Shown: positions 59,901 to 64,000 of the stretch, piece by piece
Layout: each line of letters starts with the position of its first letter
Numbering within the stretch: position 1 is the stretch's first letter
Assembly: GCF_018977255.1 (NCBI RefSeq)
Contig: NW_024704742.1
Coordinates: 68,326,001 to 68,390,000, forward strand
DNA from: Callorhinchus milii
Lineage: Eukaryota
Direction: 5' to 3'
DNA: 64,000 nucleotides
The notes under the pieces: generated by a model
Database searches by the model: none
The model's input: the letters and a program-made list of their open reading frames with translations, nothing else
What the model was told of the DNA's origin: nothing
Translations under genes and position numbers: made by a program

Positions 59901-60766
59901 TGTGAAGCGCTTTGAAACATCTCGAAGACGTGAAAAGGGCTATATCAAATGCAAGGATTATTATTATTATAAAATCTACACCAATAGTTTAGTATATTCA
60001 CTGCGTAAATAGATGTTTGGTTTTAAATAAAATCAATACAAATGGCTAAGGAAGAATTCTGCTTCATTCCAGCCAATTCCAAATTAACTCGTAAACCACC
60101 AAAAACACTTAAAATTTCCTGGCCATCAGACCAGCACTAGGGAACAGAGTTCTGTGAATGTGCTTCATCACACAAGCGCAGAACTCAGCCTAAAGCAAGA
60201 TCACCTCAAAGTAGGTAGTACAATTCTAGTTTTCTGTCATGAATTTCTTTACTACTGGACGTGATGTTTTATTGAATCTGTCATGTGCTTGTGGCACTTT
60301 GATTACCTTATATTCCAATGCAAAAAGCTAGATTGAGAGGTGTGGCCATGTCCACAATAGGGCAGCTTCTTCATAATCTGCAGAAATGGCCGTTTGAATA
60401 GAATGTCTTTGCTCCGTGCTTTCTTAAATTTGACTGTGCATCACCTGAGCTGATTCTCAGTGTTCAGATTGAGTTCCCAAAGTGGGCAATTTCTTAGCAC
60501 TGACTTTCCTCACCTTAATGAGCACTGATTTTGCCTCAAATTATTCATTACCAAATTAGGGGCAATAATCACCCCAATACTGGATAATCTAGTAGCACTG
60601 AACTCAATAAAGCTATACAAAAATTTTACATTAAATTCTTCTCTGAAGAGCTTGTTGTCATCTGCCATTCTTCGATTGGCTTCTTCTTCCAGTTTCTCAA
60701 TAGACAGAGGGGGGTACTTTCTGTTAGTGCTTGGAGACCTCGCGAGCAAAGGCATGCTCTGGAGCT
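29840..60766 (-). CDS. PTPRA: Receptor-type tyrosine-protein phosphatase alpha, 3' part (16 exons, ~601 aa: wedge, D1 and D2 PTP domains); 5' exons lie beyond the window
   Basis: Spliced translation is open from [13 protein letters not shown]...[11 protein letters not shown] through D1 ([18 protein letters not shown]) and D2 ([18 protein letters not shown]) to the PTPRA C-terminus [10 protein letters not shown]. All introns are GT-AG. Synteny with GNRH2/OXT. Confidence 0.97.
30360..30495 (-). CDS. PTPRA: PTPRA exon (SAGAGRTG...MVQTL)
   Basis: 136 nt, AG/GT flanks. Confidence 0.95.
30700..30720. repeat. C21 homopolymer (G21 on the PTPRA sense strand) followed by short (AC)n
   Basis: Direct inspection. 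Confidence 0.95.
31964..32115 (-). CDS. PTPRA: PTPRA exon ([17 protein letters not shown]...ITVHC)
   Basis: 152 nt, AG/GT flanks. Confidence 0.95.
32288..33260 (+). mobile_element. 5'-truncated CR1 LINE (RT C-terminal half + 3'UTR)
   Basis: [59 protein letters not shown] motifs with stops; ttcttatgttctta tail. Confidence 0.93.
33260..33622 (-). mobile_element. tRNA SINE, long form
   Basis: Reverse complement of the family consensus, tail-to-tail with the CR1. Confidence 0.87.
33754..33879 (-). CDS. PTPRA: PTPRA exon ([11 protein letters not shown]...VTNTR)
   Basis: 126 nt, AG/GT flanks. Confidence 0.95.
34419..34899 (+). mobile_element. Young L2 3' fragment
   Basis: Near-identical to 13420-13900. 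Confidence 0.92.
35214..35348 (-). CDS. PTPRA: PTPRA exon (GYRQKDSY...EERGQ)
   Basis: 135 nt, AG/GT flanks. Confidence 0.95.
37014..37090 (-). CDS. PTPRA: PTPRA exon (YEFNRV...NASFID)
   Basis: 77 nt, AG/GT flanks. Confidence 0.95.
37534..37931 (-). mobile_element. Young L2 3' fragment
   Basis: [21 protein letters not shown] on the minus strand plus tail. Confidence 0.9.
39737..40063 (+). mobile_element. tRNA-Ala(TGC)-like SINE, short form, with L2-type tail loop
   Basis: Head agtcctgtagctcagtggttagagcgctcgctttgcaagcgag; tail agcgctttgggacgtcctcccgacgtgaaaagcgct. Confidence 0.9.
40635..40728 (-). CDS. PTPRA: PTPRA exon (KLTSIKIQ...KNRVLQIIP)
   Basis: 94 nt, AG/GT flanks. Confidence 0.95.
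41517..41666 (-). CDS. PTPRA: PTPRA exon (MQYVFIYQ...DEEFK)
   Basis: 150 nt, AG/GT flanks. Confidence 0.95.
41797..42160 (-). mobile_element. tRNA SINE, long form
   Basis: Reverse complement of the family consensus. Confidence 0.85.
42988..43123 (-). CDS. PTPRA: PTPRA exon (SAGVGRTG...MVQTD)
   Basis: 136 nt, AG/GT flanks. Confidence 0.95.
44805..45132 (-). mobile_element. tRNA SINE, short form, with a 23-bp tandem duplication at its 5' end (45087-45109 / 45110-45132)
   Basis: acactgagctacaggactccaag present twice. Confidence 0.87.
45604..45770 (-). CDS. PTPRA: PTPRA exon (VGDVTNK...WPDFGVP...IVVHC)
   Basis: 167 nt, AG/GT flanks. Confidence 0.95.
46850..47175 (-). mobile_element. tRNA SINE, long form
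   Basis: Reverse complement of the family consensus. Confidence 0.85.
47240..47359 (-). CDS. PTPRA: PTPRA exon (CKCAQYWP...FCIQQ)
   Basis: 120 nt, AG/GT flanks. Confidence 0.95.
48773..49098 (-). mobile_element. tRNA SINE, long form
   Basis: Reverse complement of the family consensus. Confidence 0.85.
49195..49905 (+). mobile_element. CCHC-type retroposon fragment interrupted by a CR1 3' end (~49573-49728)
   Basis: [18 protein letters not shown] then [21 protein letters not shown] (49734-49796). Confidence 0.65.
50266..50363 (-). CDS. PTPRA: PTPRA exon ([13 protein letters not shown]...KERKE)
   Basis: 98 nt, AG/GT flanks. Confidence 0.95.
51320..51356 (-). CDS. PTPRA: PTPRA exon ([12 protein letters not shown])
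   Basis: 37 nt, AG/GT flanks. Confidence 0.93.
52810..52886 (-). CDS. PTPRA: PTPRA exon (YDHSRVHL...DFINASYIN)
   Basis: 77 nt, AG/GT flanks. Confidence 0.95.
53960..54310 (-). mobile_element. L2 3' fragment, second subfamily
   Basis: [20 protein letters not shown]; similar to 18010-18330(+). Confidence 0.8.
54333..54423 (-). CDS. PTPRA: PTPRA exon ([11 protein letters not shown]...KNRYVNILP)
   Basis: 91 nt, AG/GT flanks. Confidence 0.95.
55060..56152 (+). mobile_element. Internally deleted CR1 LINE ORF2 fragment + 3'UTR
   Basis: [31 protein letters not shown] joined directly to [29 protein letters not shown]; (ATTCTAY)n tail. Confidence 0.92.
57050..57415 (+). mobile_element. tRNA-Ala(CGC)-like SINE, long form, near consensus
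   Basis: gagtcctgtagctcagtggttagaacactcgcctcgcaagcgag head; full core and tail. Confidence 0.9.
58160..59210 (+). mobile_element. 5'-truncated young L2 LINE
   Basis: [22 protein letters not shown] through 3'UTR and (TTG)n tail; near-identical to 12952-13903. Confidence 0.92.
59657..59970 (+). mobile_element. tRNA-Ala(TGC)-like SINE, short form (head-to-head with a minus copy at ~59205-59401)
   Basis: Head, core and tail present. Confidence 0.88.
60630..60766 (-). CDS. PTPRA: PTPRA exon ([14 protein letters not shown]...FREEFN)
   Basis: 137 nt, AG/GT flanks. Confidence 0.95.
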
Positions 60767-63204
60767 CTGTATACAATATAAAACAGATTTGATCCATCAG
60801 AAATACACAAACATTTAATTTACTAATACATTTATTGTCTCGTGATAAATAATGCTTATTGTCATCTAAACTTTGCAGCAGAAGCCAAGTTCAAAGTAGA
60901 CATAAGCTAATTAAAATCACACACAAACAAGCTTCTATATTCGAAAATACCTTTTATTGCAAATGCAACTTTTTTCAAATGCATCCATCTTCCAAAATGT
61001 AAAACCAAATAAGCAAAACAATGGTTACCGAATAACAGACATTACCCTTCATCAAGTAGGTGTGTGAATGTGCCAAACATGCACACATGGTGGTGGTGAA
61101 CCGTAGGGAAAAATACACTGATATTACTCGATTTGCTGGAGTTGGACAGAACAGTCATATGGAAGCATTGTATGAGACAGGTTAAAAAGAGGCAGAATCA
61201 TTCAACTGATTTTCTGTACTGAACGATCGTAACTCATGTAAACCATGATCTAATATATCTTTCACAGTTGGCCAATCATCCCTGGGAATACAATCACCAA
61301 AAGGAAAGTTAAAATAAATCTGGAAAATTCAATGACAAAAAACATTAGCCTCCTCACTGTCTCAATTTATCTGGGAAACTGTCTTGGGTATTGCTTCTAA
61401 TTTACATAGAAGGGGGAGGGGAAGATCTTGAAATACAGCTGACAATGCATAAACTGAATGACTTACTTGAATATATTAATTAGAACCCAATATGTTTCCT
61501 TGAGAATTTTAGGGCGTAGTTGATATGGGCCAGTTGCCTTGTAGACATCTGGGGTAATACATTCCTCAAGTCCCCTAGTGACGCTGACAATATTTGGCAA
61601 TGGGATGGAATACCGTATGTTAGCACTTATGATCAACCCAGCTAAACTTAGTGGCCCAAGGAATTTTTGAGTTTCTTCATAACAAATGATTCACCGTTGT
61701 CCAGTTGTGTTAAGTATCCCTGAGCCAAAATGATCTGGAATCTGAACAGTCTTCATTTGTGAAAACAGATATGAAAAATTAATTCTTTATATCTTGATCT
61801 TGTTTTCTTTTTTCACCCTTAAAGAACACATCCAGTCTTTAACACACCATCTGCTGCTGGCATAGCTAAAGAATTTCTTAGAATCCACCCTGCTATTCCA
61901 ATCTGCTTTTCTGTTGACCTGTTATGTTCTTTGTAGATCACGTTAACTGAGACTCCAGTCCTCACCATTTTTTTTCTTTGCATCTTTTAAATGATTTTAT
62001 TCGACCTTCAGATTAGTTAGTAGCTTTTTGTCTAACAACTGTGACATTCACATTTTTTGCAAACACCGTGCTGGTAATTCAGATTCAACAGAAGAAGCTA
62101 AACAGCCAGTTACATCTAATGCAAGCCCCGCTTAAAGAACAGAATACAAATAGCACAGTATGGAGTGGGAAGAGGAATAAAAGCACACAGCAGTAACTTT
62201 ACCAGAGATGGGCAAAATGGAGTGGCCTCAAAGTGCTGAAACTGCTGAAGAAACTTGAAAATAGAATTTGTACAATTCCAAGAAAATAATTTCCACATAA
62301 TAAGAGTAGACCTACACAAGTACATTTGTAAATTAAATTTTGAAAAACTGTTACATGCATCCCGATCATTGCAAAAACAAACTTTTGTTCTCCAAAATAA
62401 ATGAACAGTTTTAGATCACACATCTTCAACTTTACGGCCTATTTGTACCTACTATTCCCTTTGATCAGTCAATGCATAGACCAAGTTAATGTATCTGAAT
62501 ATCCTAATCCTTCCCATCAATGGGACACTGATGTGCGCAATTGGTTGCCGTGTTTCGCCCACAAAATACACAGTCAATTCATTTTATAGTATATTCTGTG
62601 AAGAGCTTTGAGATGTCTCAATGAAGTGATAAGGTGCTACATCAAATAAAAGGATTATTATTATTATTATCCCCACCACAAACTGGAAAATACAATGTTA
62701 ACTCTGCTTTGTACTGTGATGCATTTCTAGTGTACCTTAATGACACAGAATTGCTAATTGGATCAGGGAGTATTATGGCTAAAGAATTTCTGGGAACCTA
62801 CTCTTGTCAAAAATAAATCTAATTCTTTCATTTGATGTAACATCTATGTCTAGAGGACTTCTCAAAGAGTTTCACAAGATTTAGTATAAAGCTTAGTGAC
62901 TATATATTTTACAGGTTAATGCGGCAGACAACTTGCGCACAGCAATGCCCACAAATAGCCAAGAAGTGAATGATCAGTTCTAAATATAACTTTCTAAACA
63001 ATTATTCACTGGGTAAACCAGTGGGTATATTAAACCTTGATACAGGGCCAACTTGTTTTCCAGAGGAACCAGGTAATACCGTTTTCTCTATAAAACTACT
63101 GCTTTAATCTTTATGTAGGCTAACTTGTTGGCCAAATAAAATTGATCGTCATTGCACCACTGTTTTGGTAGTCTCCTCAGAATTTCTCTAATTTACACTC
63201 CACA

Positions 63205-63460
63205 GGCCTCTGCTTACGTAGCAGTAAGTAGGAACCCGGTTGTTAGTCAATTGGCAGATCGCTTTTCCGGGGGTAATAATTCCTTCAAAAAATATAATAG
63301 ATAATTTCAATCCACGACTGTTTGTGGGACACTGCTGTGTGCAATTAGCTGCCGTGTTTCGCCCACAGTCAATTCACTTTACAATATATTCTGTGAAGTG
63401 CTTTGAGACGTCTTAAGACGTAATAAGGCACTATATCAAATGCAAGGATTATTATTATTT
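63205..63460 (+). mobile_element. 5'-truncated tRNA SINE, long form
   Basis: Core and tail match the family. Confidence 0.82.
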
Positions 63461-64000
63461 TTGAAGTTGAAGAAATACTTAAGGCGGCGGCAATACTTTT
63501 TACAGACTGTATTTAGTTTTGATTATTAGAAATCAGACTGCAGCATGCCGATGAAAGCTTCACTTCAAACTTTCACTAACAACAAGTCAATGGACATATG
63601 GAAATCAATAGAGTGAACATAATGAACACAGAATGCTTAAGGAAGAAACCTATCACTTCCATGAGATATCATTTTGTATGACAAATGATTACATATTAGA
63701 ATAGAAAATCCAATCATACTTTGTTTTTACTGTTGAAATAGATTGGGCTTGAATGTACAGACCGAATATTAGCACTAAACTGGCAGTAAATGAAAAGTTG
63801 AACACTGACATGTATGGAAGCTTTGTCCTTTCAAGTACATAAACAAATTTATATTTGGAGGTAGTAAATTATTTCTAGGCTACAAATAGATGAGGGGTGA
63901 GTAACAAAGCAGGTTTCTGTTAATAGTTACGGAAATAAAAACTCAACAATGAAAGCAACAAAAGTATGTTTTAAAACATTGCATATTTACACAACAATCC

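Noticed and set aside
1..64000. CRISPR array or prokaryotic/viral system
   Set aside because: The recurring motifs are dispersed SINE/LINE parts, not regularly spaced repeats; the remaining short ORFs are repeat-derived

Overview
Vertebrate (eukaryotic, intron-containing) genomic DNA, almost certainly from a cartilaginous fish and most likely a holocephalan such as elephant shark (an inference from a Leu8-oxytocin gene plus a Deu-domain tRNA-SINE/L2/CR1 repeat landscape). It is the conserved neurohypophysial-hormone locus. It holds a complete 3-exon oxytocin-neurophysin gene (+, CDS 3383-6451, nonapeptide CYIQNCPLG, no copeptin) and, tail-to-tail with it, a complete GnRH2 gene (-, CDS 9453-7736, [10 protein letters not shown]). 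It also holds the last 16 coding exons plus a ~2.5 kb 3'UTR of PTPRA (-, 60766-29840; the 5' part lies beyond the window). The rest is mostly retroposon debris: dozens of tRNA-Ala-headed SINEs, L2 and CR1 fragments, small DNA-transposon remnants, and fragments of a CCHC-zinc-knuckle LINE that I cannot assign to a clade. I found no convincing new gene system. The best leads are: (i) a young L2 subfamily whose copies share the same frameshifts (a non-autonomous master); (ii) a SINE/L2 3' stem-loop with compensatory base changes; (iii) the unassigned CCHC LINE; (iv) a pre-miRNA-like intronic hairpin in PTPRA; (v) a TAAT+CRE motif cluster upstream of GnRH2; (vi) clear DNA-repair scars (a fold-back duplication and a templated insertion). 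Repeat boundaries are approximate. Exon boundaries were read from GT-AG sites and checked for reading-frame continuity.
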